The translations under genes and the position numbers were made by a program. A stretch of 63,433 bases of DNA, counting the filler, from Folioceros fuciformis (lineage: Eukaryota), in the NCBI GenBank assembly GCA_049999805.1. It is 6 parts of 6 records of this genome, joined end to end, with 100 filler letters (N's around TTAATTAATTAA, not from the genome) between each part and the next. Parts side by side here need not be neighbours in the genome. Positions count along the whole stretch, not along the records: positions 20,090 to 29,034 come from JBNGIO010004151.1; positions 29,135 to 40,586 come from JBNGIO010004153.1; 4 more parts are not named here. One strand, 5' to 3'. The notes under the pieces are model-generated. The model was given only the letters and a program-made list of their open reading frames with translations, was not told the DNA's origin and made no database searches. How positions within the stretch are numbered: the first letter of the stretch is position 1; every line of letters starts with the position of its first letter. Shown piece after piece: positions 23,851 to 36,139 of this stretch.

Positions 23851-24491
23851 GGCTCCAGTACGCAGGCAGCAGAAGCTGCAAACACCAAGAAATCCTCCAC
23901 AGAGCTCCCCCACCCAATAAGTTCAGTCGCTCCAATGTCCACTCCCTCCTCCAGACCTTCCGCTTCTCAAGGCGGCCAAAGTTTCACAGCCAGCAATCTG
24001 AATACAGAAGCCACGCAATTCGTCCTTCCTTCCTTCCTTGCAAAGCAGCGGATGGCGAGCCACGCTTCAATGCAAAAGTCCGGGCCCCTATTCCTCCAGT
24101 GTGAACTGTACTACTGTATATCGACGCTCAGGGAACCAGGCTAGCCAGATCATCCGATTGTAGGGCAACCTATCCTTCACTAAAGGAGCCATGGCTGCTC
24201 TGCGACTGTACGGAGGGATCTTGGCCAACAGGGTATGGGCTATAAGGTCCAATAATAATTGGTGAAAAAACAAATTAAACGGAACGGAGTTAACCCCCGT
24301 TCCCATCGGGCTGCCTCCCCGCTCGACCGTCCCTCGGCTANNNNNNNNNNNNNNNNNNNNNNNNNNNNNNNNNNNNNNNNNNNNNNNNNNNNNNNNNNNN
24401 NNNNNNNNNNNNNNNNNNNNNNNNNNNNNNNNNNNNNNNNTTTTGCTGCATGGAGTAGGATTGGGTTGCGGCTTGGAGGGCTGTGTCCGCA

Positions 24492-27400
24492 ATGAATCCT
24501 TCTGCAAGTTGGTGTGGCACGGCGTTGCGCGCGCTCGTATGCACCCTTGCAGTCTCCTCGCTGTGGAATGTCCTCGCTGCGGGAGCCGGAAGTGGTGCTA
24601 GTGGCCCAGGTTCGTGAGCTTTCTTATTTGGTTTGGTTGTCGTGTGTGTCAAAACATGTGTTTTGCATCTGGGTTTGGCTTGACTGATCAGGAGTTTGTG
24701 TCTTCTGCAATTCTGGCCTGACAGATGTTGTTGCCTGCGTTTTTGGCTGAGAGATTGCCCCCTCCAGCTGGTCGCAGCGTGACGTACCTTTGTTGGCGGG
24801 TTGACACTGTGCTCTCAGACTGGTAGAGAACATGAACCGTATGTAGGACGTGTCTGGCTGCGGTGTGCTTGAAACTTGTGGTGGGATGCATCCGCGGCGG
24901 ATGCATCCTGACATTTAGTTCAATTTTTCCGCATCCTCTAGGAACTCCTAAAGCAATACTGTTTTCCTTGGTCCGCCAGGTCGAAGAGCAGACGATCTTG
25001 TCTTGACCTGATCCTATTTTGCTTTCGACCTACCTCTTCTGTCTCTGACAAACGTGTCAATTTCCCTAATCCTGAGAAGATCTGAATCAGGAAGCCGGTG
25101 ATAGTTGTCCCTGAAAGGCAGGTTGTATTGCCTCCATCCGATATTTTCCCATACCAGACGAAGCAGAAATCTAAGGCGTGCCTGTAACCCTTGCCCATGG
25201 TCGCTCGATGAAGGACCGGTGGGTAGTGGCTCTGCGAAGAGTTGCCCAGAGTGCCCCGATGCAGCGCTTGCAGGAGCGCCTCTGGGGTTGTTCTCAGACG
25301 AAATGGAGTGCTGCAGCAGAGGCCAATTCCGGCAGTGTCATCTGGCTACTGGGGGTCTGCTACAAAGTTCCTGCAGTGGCTGAGGGTGGGGACAAGTCTG
25401 TGGCAGAGAAGGCGCTGTCGGAGTTCTTGGAGGACTTTAGTTCCAGACTGTGGCTCTCCTATCGCAGAGGTTTCGAGGCTTTAGGTGAATCCAAGATTAC
25501 CTCCGATGCGGGGTGGGGCTGCATGGTCCGAAGTGGCCAGATGCTGGTGGCCCAGGCTCTCATATTTCACCGCTTGGGGAGGTCGTGGCGGAGGAACTCC
25601 CAGAAGCAAGCATCACAAGATTACTTGGAGATAGTGGGAAGCTTTGGAGATTCGTTTGCTGAAAGTTGTCCCTTTTCTCTACATAACATACTGGAAGTTG
25701 GACGCCCCCATGGGTTGACCGTGGGCTCATGGATGGGACCTTATGCTCTTTGCAGGGCTCTAGAGGCCCTGGGTCACGCAGACAGGCTGAGGTGTCGTGC
25801 AGGACAAGGAAAGCGTTCCTTGCCCATGGCAGTGTATGTTGTTTCCGGTGAAGCAGAGGGTGCACGAGGAGGAGCTCCAGTTTTATGCATTGATGATGCT
25901 GCCGATTGTTGCCGGGCTGAGCCTGGCACGGAGTGGGCTTCGCTCTTGGTGCTTGTTCCCCTTGTCTTGGGGCTGGACAAAGTGAATCCCTTGTACCTGC
26001 CTTCTTTGCAGGCGACGTTTGAATTCCCCCAGAGCCTTGGAATTCTGGGAGGCAAACCAGGTGCTTCAACTTATATTGTTGGTGTTCAGGATGATCAGGT
26101 TTTGTATCTGGATCCCCACGACGTGCAGCCCACTGTCAAAATCGACCCAAGCGTGCCTGATGCAGACTCTAGCTCTTACCACTCTGGTTTGGTGCGCCGG
26201 ATGCGTTTGGATGCGATTGACCCATCATTGGCGCTGGGGTTCTATTGTCGAAATAAGGAGGAGTTTGATGACCTCTGTAGGCGGGCTTCAGATCTCGCAG
26301 GTCATTCAAATGGTGCTCCCATGTTCACAGTAGCTAAAGAGAGAGGCAATGGAAATCAGGTCGCGAGCCTCTGTCTGGACGAAGATAAGTCTGCAGTGAA
26401 TGTACAGGCAATCACGGCTGGAGACAGAAGTGTAGATAATGTTGCCGAAGAGGACTGGCAGATTCTTTGATGTATTCAGATAATCAAGTTATTCTTCATG
26501 CTCGTCTTCCAGTTCAGATTGGATTGTTTGAAGATGCTGCCTTGCTTCATAGTGGCGGAGCCGTATTAGCCAGGGAGGATACACTTTCCTGGACTAAAAG
26601 CTCTCTCCCCTCCCGGGGCCAAGGTCTGCAGATGGATTGCAGCGACTGTAATATTTGTTTCTTGACAAAAGGCTGGGGAGTCTAGTCACCAGGAACCAAC
26701 ATAGATTTGGTTGCACATAAGGAAGCAGGAGAAGGCACATCTTCAGAATCATGGTCACTTCTAATTGGTCCTATAGATTGATATTGCCTTAGGTTCAGGA
26801 ATCAGACGGCAGTATAACATTTTGTTTATTTTGGCCTGCAAAGGACCTCTGTTTTGGAATATTACGAAAGGAGCAGATTTACCTGTCAAACAGTGCTGTG
26901 ATTTCCTGGACTGTCATGCTTGTATCTTGGAATTTGTTCAGAGTTGTCTGCTCGGCTAACTTGTCTACAACTTTCTGAACAACTCAAAAAGTGGGTTTTG
27001 TTTGTTTTCAACTCAGGAGTTTGCAATTCCCAGGGTGGCAGGTTCCCGAAATTCTCCTTCGAAGGGCAGAGTCCAAGGAAAGCCTCCAAGGGTCCGGGTG
27101 ACTTGACTTTGTGCCGGGTCTACCACAAGAAGACCTGCTGCACAGCAGTGCAGACTCGGGCTGCTCTCTTGTCATTAGCTAAGTTGGCCTCGAATGGGGA
27201 GGCGAACAAGCAATGTCTAGAGTTGTGGGAAGTACTGGAGTGTTCAATATGTGATCCGCAAGTGGGAGTCAATCCTGGTCCTCCATTGCTGTGCTCTTCA
27301 TTTTGTGAGGGGGTGTATGAGGCTTGTGGTGATGCCTTCTTTTCAGCAGATCCTTCGACTCAGGTACTTGCTTTGCCCACATTATGGGCTTCGTGGAAAA

Positions 27401-28015
27401 TGTTCGTTGTCTCTTCTCCCCAATTTTTGAAATTATTGGTTTCTCTCAAGCAGGTGTTGATCCCCTGTAAGGATACTGTTTGTGCGCGGGGACGGGAATG
27501 GGCGTCTAGCAGCACAGAATTTTGTAAGCTTGCTGGGTTCTCTGTTCCAATTGCAGAAGAGGACCTCAAGAGTCTTCCTGCTTGTTATGATGGGAAAGTA
27601 CACCACATCGACACCGAACCCCTTTTTGAGAAGCGCCAATCCACTGCTAAAGGTCGGTACAGATTTAGCTACCTCAGATATCTGAGAAAAATTTTCAGAA
27701 GGATGACATCTGGTGAAAACGTTTCTTGGGCCGTCGGTGGCTTAGTCTTGACCGGGGGCGCCCTCTATTTGTTTAGGTACGTGTCAGCCTTGCTCTCTCC
27801 TATCTCCCAATCATCCCGTCGCAATTCGTACTCACTTTTGTAGGGTCGACCAACTCACAGGCGGAGGGGTTTTAAACCCAGGAGCAGGCAAGAATTGGCA
27901 GCACGTCGCTCCAAAATCTATCAGGAAGCCCCAACTCGGCAGTCTCGAGGTAGTAACAGTATTGCCCAAAGATCTTGGGGAAAGGGGACCACCAAGGTTC
28001 CTGGAAGTTGAGTGA
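24492..28015 (+). CDS. Folate-receptor-family Cys-rich membrane protein; exons 24492-24609, 27017-27363, 27454-27776, 27844-~28015
   Basis: GVCNSQGGRFP..DLTLCRVYHKKTCC..CLELWEVLECSICDPQVG..PLLCSSFCEGVYEAC, C-terminal TM SWAVGGLVLTGG. The signal-peptide exon (MNPSASWCGTALRALVCTLAVSSLWNVLAAG..) is phase-compatible with the 27017 acceptor. Last exon uncertain. Confidence 0.8.
25208..26470 (+). CDS. ATG4: Autophagy cysteine protease ATG4 (peptidase C54), intronless CDS
   Basis: IWLLGVCY, catalytic TSDAGWGCMVRSGQML, FPQSLGILGGKPGASTYIVGVQ, YLDPH, DPSLALGFYC, and C-terminal AIM/LIR EEDWQIL. Confidence 0.96.
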   Translation: MKDRWVVALRRVAQSAPMQRLQERLWGCSQTKWSAAAEANSGSVIWLLGVCYKVPAVAEGGDKSVAEKALSEFLEDFSSRLWLSYRRGFEALGESKITSDAGWGCMVRSGQMLVAQALIFHRLGRSWRRNSQKQASQDYLEIVGSFGDSFAESCPFSLHNILEVGRPHGLTVGSWMGPYALCRALEALGHADRLRCRAGQGKRSLPMAVYVVSGEAEGARGGAPVLCIDDAADCCRAEPGTEWASLLVLVPLVLGLDKVNPLYLPSLQATFEFPQSLGILGGKPGASTYIVGVQDDQVLYLDPHDVQPTVKIDPSVPDADSSSYHSGLVRRMRLDAIDPSLALGFYCRNKEEFDDLCRRASDLAGHSNGAPMFTVAKERGNGNQVASLCLDEDKSAVNVQAITAGDRSVDNVAEEDWQIL

Positions 28016-28726
28016 TGGTGAGTTTAGATGTCGTGGGAGGAGAAGTTGTGACAAAATCTCTCCATAGTTTATATAAACTCTGCGAACTTTTCTTTGTATT
28101 TACCTTAAACTTCGGACGCAGTTCAGGGACTTCCATTCACGAAAGGTTTTGTTCTGGCCACTGTGACAAGATTTCTATTGGGGTCCACCCTAAGCATTGA
28201 CAAGCATTGCTACTTTCTCAACCGTGTCTACTCACTTTTGGAAATACTAACTCCTCTTGGAAAGACACAAATTGCCTGAATGCAGTGGACATTCTGAGAG
28301 CTGGGAGGATCTTCTTGGAAGTCAAAATCATGACTTGGAAAATGTACATTGCTACAGCTCTTGTGCTGTCTGCCTCTCAATTCTCCCAGGATTACGCAGG
28401 GTATGCTACTGAATGGGGGCTCCCTAGTACTACACAAAGCCATGAGCCCCGAGTACTACCCAAAGCCATACTTGAATAAATAGGGGCCCAGGGATCCGAT
28501 TTCCCAAGCCGTCCTACTGATATGGGGATGTCCTGGCTATCAGGCCTCAGATGGCAAGTCAAGACGACGAAGTCTAGATATCTCACCTACTACAAAAATT
28601 GAGCAAAAATAATCTTAAGCTACGGCGCAAGCAAACACCAGGGCCATTATCACGCTATTCGGCTGTACAGTGTGCCGAATTGGCACATTAGCAGATCAAT
28701 GTCGCACTGAGATAGCAGGATGAGGC

Positions 28727-29034
28727 TCAGTCTCTACTTGGAGGACTGTGTAGGGCATCGACACTGCCAGCATAAGACCAGGGTTTATACTTGGGATTGT
28801 GACTGGACAGATCATACTTGGGGCTGTACCTCGGGCTGTCATACTTGGGTAGGCTATCATACTTGTCTGGCAAGGGTGGCTTCCCATGGCTTTCCATCTC
28901 TGGTTTCTCATCCTCTTCCTCTGCATCCTTAGCTACGATGTACTCAGACAGAGCTTTGCCCAGAGTAGGACCTAGTTTGTAGCCCTTCTTCCCAAGATGC
29001 GGGCTGGGGGCATAAGGAGGGGTCATACCAGGAC
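28727..29034 (-). CDS. 3' fragment of a Pro/Tyr/Lys-rich protein (PKY repeats, cell-wall-protein-like), cut by a linker
   Basis: Open frame running into the gap: KYDSLPKYDSPRYSPKYDLSSHNPKYKP. No family recognised. Confidence 0.35.
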
Positions 29035-29135
29035 NNNNNNNNNNNNNNNNNNNNNNNNNNNNNNNNNNNNNNNNNNNNTTAATTAATTAANNNNNNNNNN
29101 NNNNNNNNNNNNNNNNNNNNNNNNNNNNNNNNNNT

Positions 29136-29516
29136 GGGCTTGTGGCGCTACGGGATATGGCAGGCCGGGTCGGGGCTGACAATGGGACCGCGCGGAGGCT
29201 CGGGGCTGCGCTCGGGGTGCTTGCGGGACTGCGGGTGCTCGGGCCCGTGGAGACCAATATCGTAATCGTGCAGATAACAGGCGACCAGAGCGCAGGCGAG
29301 GTTTGCAGGAAGCTTCGAGGAAGCGGGGTGTTGTGCTCGCACGCGGAGGACAACTGCGTCCGCATGCTCACGCATTACCATGTCGGATTGCAGGATGTCG
29401 CCTGGGTCGCGCTCTGCTTCCGTGATGCGCTCTTGTCGCCTGTGGATGACACTGTGTCGGCCAAGCCGAGCGCAACGGTGCAGCTCGCGTCCAAAGTTCA
29501 ACCGGTTGCAGCGTAG
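29136..29516 (+). CDS. THA: Low-specificity L-threonine aldolase, C-terminal part (5' end lost at the linker)
   Basis: LVALRD..D...ARRLG..L..L.GLRV..VETNIV..LRGSGVL..VRMLTHYHV..DV....CF, colinear with the plant THA1/2 C-terminus. Confidence 0.8.
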   Translation, partial: GLVALRDMAGRVGADNGTARRLGAALGVLAGLRVLGPVETNIVIVQITGDQSAGEVCRKLRGSGVLCSHAEDNCVRMLTHYHVGLQDVAWVALCFRDALLSPVDDTVSAKPSATVQLASKVQPVAA

Positions 29517-29783
29517 AAAGTGTATCCAGTAGGCTCAACGACAAATGTAGATCTGCGAGGGTGGCGAGCTCGCTGGCCGGGTTCTCGACACAGGAGTGTG
29601 AGCATTGAAGTGGAACTGAAGTGAGGATTTCTCGGGAAGAATCCCGCAGAAGCAGGCTTCCCACAGCCTTTCCCACATGCAAGATGGACTTCGTGTCTCT
29701 TCTGTACCTACCACCTACAGTGTGCACTTACATTTTTGTCTCCCTTGTTGAGACATGCAGAACAAACTTCAGGCTTACATGAA

Positions 29784-31802
29784 TCACGCGACTTGTCTCA
29801 GTCTCTTCTTCCTCGCAGGCTTGCTTTGGTCTTTCCGGAACTCCGAGAAGAGCTGAAAGACCTGCACCAGGCAACAACAGAGAGGGCCAAGTGAAGCGAT
29901 CCCTAAACCCTAAATTATTGTAGAGGAGGAGTTTACGGCAAAGTGCATTTCGTCGTCTGTCTGCGCACCTTCTTTACGCCGGATGTCAGGCCTGTGTCCT
30001 GGAGTTTGGTGCCGGTCACCCACTTCAGGCTGGAGCCATCTCGTGCCTTGGATTCCGATGGGAGGTTGGATGCATCTGGGCAGGTTCCAAGGCGACAGGA
30101 TCGCTGTTAGGGATGCTCCTGTGAATGAGATATCATGGAGGGATGGATTTTGGGGAAATAATAAACTTTACTTGTGGAGAACATGCATGAAACGAGAATC
30201 TGCACATACCTAACTGGAGCCACTCGATAGACATGTGCAGTTTGATGTGGGAGAAGATGTGAACGTTCTCTCCGATCTCCTGCCTGGCGCTCACTGCGTA
30301 GCCTTTCCCTCCGATCTTGAGACCCAGTTTGTTCTTCAAGTACAGGTCCATGGCAGCCATGCGGGTCCGTGAGGATTTCTCCGGCTTGCCCAACATAGCG
30401 GAAGGGAATTCCCACAGACCTGCCAGCAGGCCCTGCTCTGGCCTCCGGACCAGCAGAAATGAGGAGTCGTCGTGGGCAGAGGATGGCCTCCTCTCGACGA
30501 CACACACTGCCACATACTCGTTCCGGGGCACGGGCTTGGAAACCTTGGTAGGGAAATCGGTGACCGTCGCACTCGGTTGGGGCTGTGAAGCCAAGGACAG
30601 AGCGTGGCACTGGCTTGAAATGGGACAGGTGGAACAAGAAGGGGATGTGGATGAGCACAGAGTGGCTCCCAGCTCCATCAAGGACTGGTTCAGATCACCA
30701 GGCCGATCGGCATCCACCAGCTGCTCTGCCAGTGCCCTGCATCGGTAGCCAGCATGTCAGACAGTACTGCTTTTCCTCTCTGCTCCAAAGCAAAGATACC
30801 CAGGAAGAGGTGGCAGACCAGAAAAGCTTGACAGACGTGGACGCCTTTGGATTTGCAGAAATAGCTCGAAGCCTGCAAAGCACCCGTACCACATTCCCAT
30901 CCACCAAAGGCACCGGCTGGACACCACGAGGATGGGGTCAGCGCCGCACATGCCTAGCACAACAGCGGACACCTTTTCCTGCCAACACCATTCATTCATT
31001 CATTCATTCAGGTACCACCAACCTGGTTGAATGCAATGGATGCAATGGCCCCAGCTGTGTAGCTTCCAACGCCTGGAATTTTCTGCAGCTCAGACAGTGA
31101 CTTCGGAAAAGTTCCACCGTGCGCTTTCACAATGTGTTGGGCGCCCTAGAGGTTGGGTATCACATGCTGCATGAGCTGCCGCACTTGCTGAGCCGTAGCA
31201 ATCGCAGACACTGAGGGAGACAAGGGAGGGCCACACCACCTCAAGAAGAAAGCGAGCCCGCCTGTAGTACCCCAGTCCTGCCCACATGCTATTCACCTCC
31301 TGCTCAGAAACCATTAAGGACGCCTCAGCCAGCACGGAAGAAATACCCCCAACCTGCTCACAGCAACAGTTTCCCTCGGCAGGCTACACCCAGCATTTCT
31401 TGACGCTCAGCTTGCAAAGCACAAGTAAAATCCAGAGAGGACAACCTCCTGCGAGGCCTGAGCAAGTAGGTGCAGAGTAGGCCACTTCTCCATCCACCGC
31501 TGGTAGTACTGCACCACAGTCGCCACCCTCGTTTGCTGCAGCATCATCTCGGAGACCCACACAGCATACGCCTTCTTGTCCTCCGATGACCGGGCGGCAC
31601 ATCCAGGTTCTGCTTTTCTGGAGAAGGGGTTCTCCCGCCATGGGAGAACTCGGTGGTTGCTGTCGTACCAGGACAGCAGACCGGATTTGATGCTACCTAC
31701 CTCTTGGTTGCTGAAGGTAGGCAGCTTGCCATGGACAAGCACAGTATCTTCTATGTCGGGCTCAGAAATTGCTCCAGATCGCTTCTTCCTGGTTCCGACC
31801 AT
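29784..31802 (-). CDS. MUTYH: Adenine DNA glycosylase MutY homolog, multi-exon
   Basis: [44 protein letters not shown], Hh[30 protein letters not shown], 4Fe-4[23 protein letters not shown]-like [10 protein letters not shown] and HIFSHI. Confidence 0.96.
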
Positions 31803-32840
31803 CTGACTTGGCCTACACCCGCACCCGGTCGCGGCAATCAGAAGTAAGCACCCGGGACGCTCATTTGAACAGCCCAACGACTACCTACCTTGAGATGAAA
31901 CACGCGCCTGAACCCACAGGTGGCGCTGATAGTCCAGATACTTTTCCGTGTACGGGAGCTTTAGTTCTTCGACTGCCTAAAGCATCTTCGACGACACGAC
32001 GTTGAAGTAACCAGGTTTACAGTACGTAGATGAGAACAAAAAACAATCCGTCAGGCTTACGTAAGCCCAGACCAGGCTGGATGATCTTACATTTTGCCAG
32101 AGGCTCCATTAAAAAAGTTCGCAGCACCAGGTAGGTTTGGAAGTTGTTGCTGCTAAATTGCTGCTGCTGGTGAGATGGATGGATGATTGGATTACAGTAG
32201 ACAGGTAGTGACGAGGGAATGAACGTTCTTCATAGAAGAACAGAGACGGATGCATACCGGGTGCTGCCCACTGGTACTGCACAAGCTGTACAGATTAGAA
32301 TTTGATGATCTACACACCTGTTCAATATTACCACTCCTGTAGGTTGCACAAAAGCCTCACCTGATACGAAGCTTGCCACACATCTGCAATAGCACCTTAG
32401 ACTAGACAATAACAGAGCAAGCAAACCAGTGGAAGGTCTACAAGGCCCAAGAACTGGGTGCGAGTACAACAATTCCCACAACCTACTCTTCCCGTCTCTG
32501 CAGCGCGTGGAAGGATCCGGATCCTTGCTCGACCCGTTCTCCGCCAGCAAGAATAAAAGACTTACGGACATGATGCCGGCTTCGGAGTACATGGACCAGC
32601 CGGATAATGGCCCAGCCGATGTTTGACCAACATGCATCTTCGGTATTGTTCCACAATCCCGATGTTCACATCTATGGCTACAGGACACAGAGCCTAAGAA
32701 AGCAGGAAGACATGACAGCACCTTACTCTGCCTTCCTTTACCTCGAGCAGAAGCTCTCGTCACAAAACTTCAGCCCCAACCTTAGAACACCTGTCTTGAA
32801 ACAAACCTCCTGAAGCCGCGATTCTCCTTCATACAAAACC

Positions 32841-34119
32841 TCACCTATCCCTCTCCCGCTCCCGCTTGTGCTCTCTCTCGGGATGATCCCGCTCGCGCTC
32901 CCGATCACGTTCATGGTACCTATCGTAGTCTCTGTCCCGCTCCCGATCCCTGTCCCTTTCGCGCCTGTCCCTGTGCGGGCGTTCATAATCCCTCTCCCGT
33001 TCACGATCCCGCTCCCGCGACCGCTCACGGTCTCGATCGACCCTTTCCACTCTCTCCGTCCTCTCCCCCCGGTCTCCCCTCTCGCCTCGATCTGGCCTTT
33101 CTCCCCGCTCTCGTTCCCGATCCCGATCATGCCGCTTCTCGAGCTCCCTCTCGTCTCCGTGAGCCCTATCCATCCGAGGCTCATCAAGCCTCGGAGGCCC
33201 CCCCACGGCTGGCGAAGCAACAACAACCAGAGGCCGCTCCCTTCCAGACTGCTTCTGGTTCACATCATCTCCTCCGACGCGAGTGGAGCCAAGCCCTCCA
33301 CCCAGCCTCCGTGGCCGCCAGTTCGGCACCGTACGCCCTCGCTCCACATCCACCAGCACTCTCCTGTTGTCGATCTTGCGGCCATCCGCCTGCTTGTACG
33401 CGTTTTTCATGTCCCTCATGTGATGATACTCTATGAAGGCGTAACCCCGAGGGACATTGGACACCTTATCATGCACCAGCCGAATACGCTTGATCGGCCC
33501 GTATGCTTCAAACTCTCTCTTGATCTTGTGCTCCGTCGTCTCGTAGCTTATCCTAGCTACAAACAAAGTTTTGTAAGGATCACCATCCACATTTGGATCG
33601 CTCGCCGGCTCGTACTTCAGCAAATCCTCCGCCGCTTTCTTTGCACCCTACGTTACCACCATCACACAAGCCCTGCAGGCCATGAGAACTCTCTCGCACG
33701 AATACTCACACACACACACAACACAAGAACCACCCACCGACACAGAGGAACAACTTCGAACAGGCCAAGCAAACAAGCACAACGAACCACTCCCTCCTAA
33801 CCTTCTCCAGCCTGATCTCATGCACACGGGCTCTCCTCTGCGCAGGAGTCTCAGCCTTGGTGACGGGAGGCGCATACTCGGGGTCTCCGGGCTCAGCGAA
33901 CGCATTGATGCAGTCCCCAACGCCCACGTAGGGTCGGCTCTTGCGCTTCTCCAGCGGCGGCTTGTACTCCAGCGGCGCCCGAGGCTCGAAGAGCTTGAGA
34001 AGATTGGAAGTCAGGCCGGTAGGATGGGCCTGGCCAATGAGCTTCAGCTGCTGGATGGTAGCGCGGTTTTGCACTTTGAGGTCCTTGCGCATCTGATGGA
34101 TCTCGCCGTAGTCCGCCAT
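32841..34119 (-). CDS. U1-70K: U1 snRNP 70 kDa protein; exons 34119-33802 and 33647-32841
   Basis: [41 protein letters not shown]1 [34 protein letters not shown]-rich tail. One GT-AG intron at 33801-33648. Confidence 0.96.
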
Positions 34120-34376
34120 GACTGCCTCACACCTTCCGGTGCCGCCGCGCTCCGCTTGCCTGTAGTGCGAGCTGAAATTCACTCCCAAACACGCCACGAC
34201 CTAACACAGCGTGGTTGTCATGTACGTATATATGGACTACCTCTAATCAAACTAGCGTGCTCGATTTCACAAATATACTATCTCCTTCTCCTCTCTTTCT
34301 TGCACCAGCCCGAAACACGCTGCAATTAGAACTCGCCGTGCTTGGCTGGGCCTGTGTTTTTCCGAGGCGAGCTGCG
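34120..34376. promoter_or_regulatory. Probable bidirectional promoter U1-70K / EMC3
   Basis: Head-to-head ATGs only 257 bp apart; site-II-like TGGGCC at ~34347. Confidence 0.6.
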
Positions 34377-35877
34377 ATGGCGAACGATTTGGTTCTGGAT
34401 ACCGCCATCCGCGACTGGGTGTTGGTGCCGCTCTCGGTGGTTATGGTGCTCATTGGTGTGCTACGGCATTTTGTGTCCAAGCTGATGCGCACCTCTCCTA
34501 ACCCTGATCTCAAGAGCGTCAGAGAAGGACAGGTGGTTATCAGAGCCAAGACTCTGAGAGCTGGGGCCAACTACATCCCTGCAAAGTCTTTTCGGCAGCG
34601 TAGAGCGTACTTCAACAACGAGGTGAGGCACTGACGTTCTGATGAGCAACAATTGATGTCGTTCCACTCCCATGCTTGCAGAAATCCCTAATTCAATCTC
34701 TTGCTTTTTTTTCCTTTCATTGCAATGCGTGAAGTTCAGCTTTGCCTTATGTCACTAAACCTGTGGTGTTTCTGAACATCAGGAGAATGGTTTGCTACAT
34801 GTTCCGAAAGGCCAGGGCCAGAACATGCAAGCGCAGATGTTCTCGGATCCCAACATGGCTATGGATATGATGAAGAAAAACTTGTCAATGATCATCCCCC
34901 AGGTGTGCAGTCTTTTGAGCTTGGATCTAGTCTTGCTGTAGGCGTTGATACCAATGTGAAATATCGTATCTTTGGAAAGCATTTTTGGTCTTGAGAGCTG
35001 AAAGAAATGTAGAAGTTACTCTACTATACATAGGGCTAGATGTTGCTGTCGAGAATTCCAATGCTTTCACTGTGGCTTCTCATAGCTGACGTTTTTGCTT
35101 CAGACTCTCACGTTCGCATGGGTGAACTTCTTCTTCTCAGGGTTTGTTGCAGGTATCCATGTGTACCTAGGATGTAACTCATTTGAACATCTTACTTGGA
35201 GAGAGGTCTATCTAATTCAGTAATCGTTGTTGACAGCTAAAATACCGTTCCCGCTTACACAGCGGTTCAGGGGCATGCTGCAGAATGGTATCGATCTGAG
35301 CGCTGCGGATGTGAGTTACGTGAGCAGCAGGTCCTGGTAAGTACTGGAACTTCGTAAAGCTCATGGTTGTTATGTATTCTTTGTTAGTCACTCGAGGAGG
35401 TTTTAGGACAACTGACCTAGTATGCATGCAATGTTGGCAGGTATTTTTTGAATCTCTTTGGTCTGCGAGGCCTTTTCAGTCTGATCCTCGGTGAAGAAAA
35501 TGGTAAATGGCAGGGCAAATTGCGATCGCCCAACACTCTGGGTGAAAGAATTGTATGATTTTAATCTTACTTACCTTCTGTACAGCCACGGATGATACGA
35601 CAAGGCTCATGGCAATGCAGATGGGCGCGTTTGGTGCAGATCCTGCCAAGGTCTGGTCTTTCGAGGGCCAAAATTTTTGTCTTGTCTGATGCACAGCAGC
35701 AATTCCAATCATTGTACTGCTCTCCTTTTCTCTCACCCAATTCTCTGGCAGATTCTTGGAGCAGAGAAGGATGGCTTGGACTTGCTTCAACACGACTGGG
35801 TTCTGCCTAAAATAGAACAGAAAGCAGCAGACGTTTTAAGGCGACAACTCGAAGCGGGCGCTCCTTACACTGTATGA
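34377..35877 (+). CDS. EMC3: ER membrane protein complex subunit 3 (TMEM111), multi-exon
   Basis: [117 protein letters not shown]. Confidence 0.96.
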
Positions 35878-36139
35878 GCCAATTCCCCCCTCACTTCCCA
35901 TCGAATGCAGAGTGTCACTCGGAATACCTGGCTCGTAGACTTCAGTTATTTAATTGATGTTAGAAGCAATTGCCGGCTCGTTTTGGCGGAAAGAAATTCT
36001 AATAAAGCGTAAACTAGTGTTTTGTGGCACATGGTGCAAGGGACTCTTGTCGTTGTAGTGGCACCTCTCACGTCTGTTGTGCATTTGTGTTGGATGCACC
36101 ACCCTTAGGAGGTTGACTGGCTTGTCCGTGTGAGATCAG

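Noticed and set aside
29901-29914. CCCTAAACCCTAAA telomere-like dimer in a MUTYH intron
   Set aside because: Only two units; a common telo-box-type motif, not a telomere relic.
35153-35235. EMC3 intron starting GTATCCAT as a U12-type intron
   Set aside because: Deviates from GTATCCTT and has no TCCTTAAC branch site.
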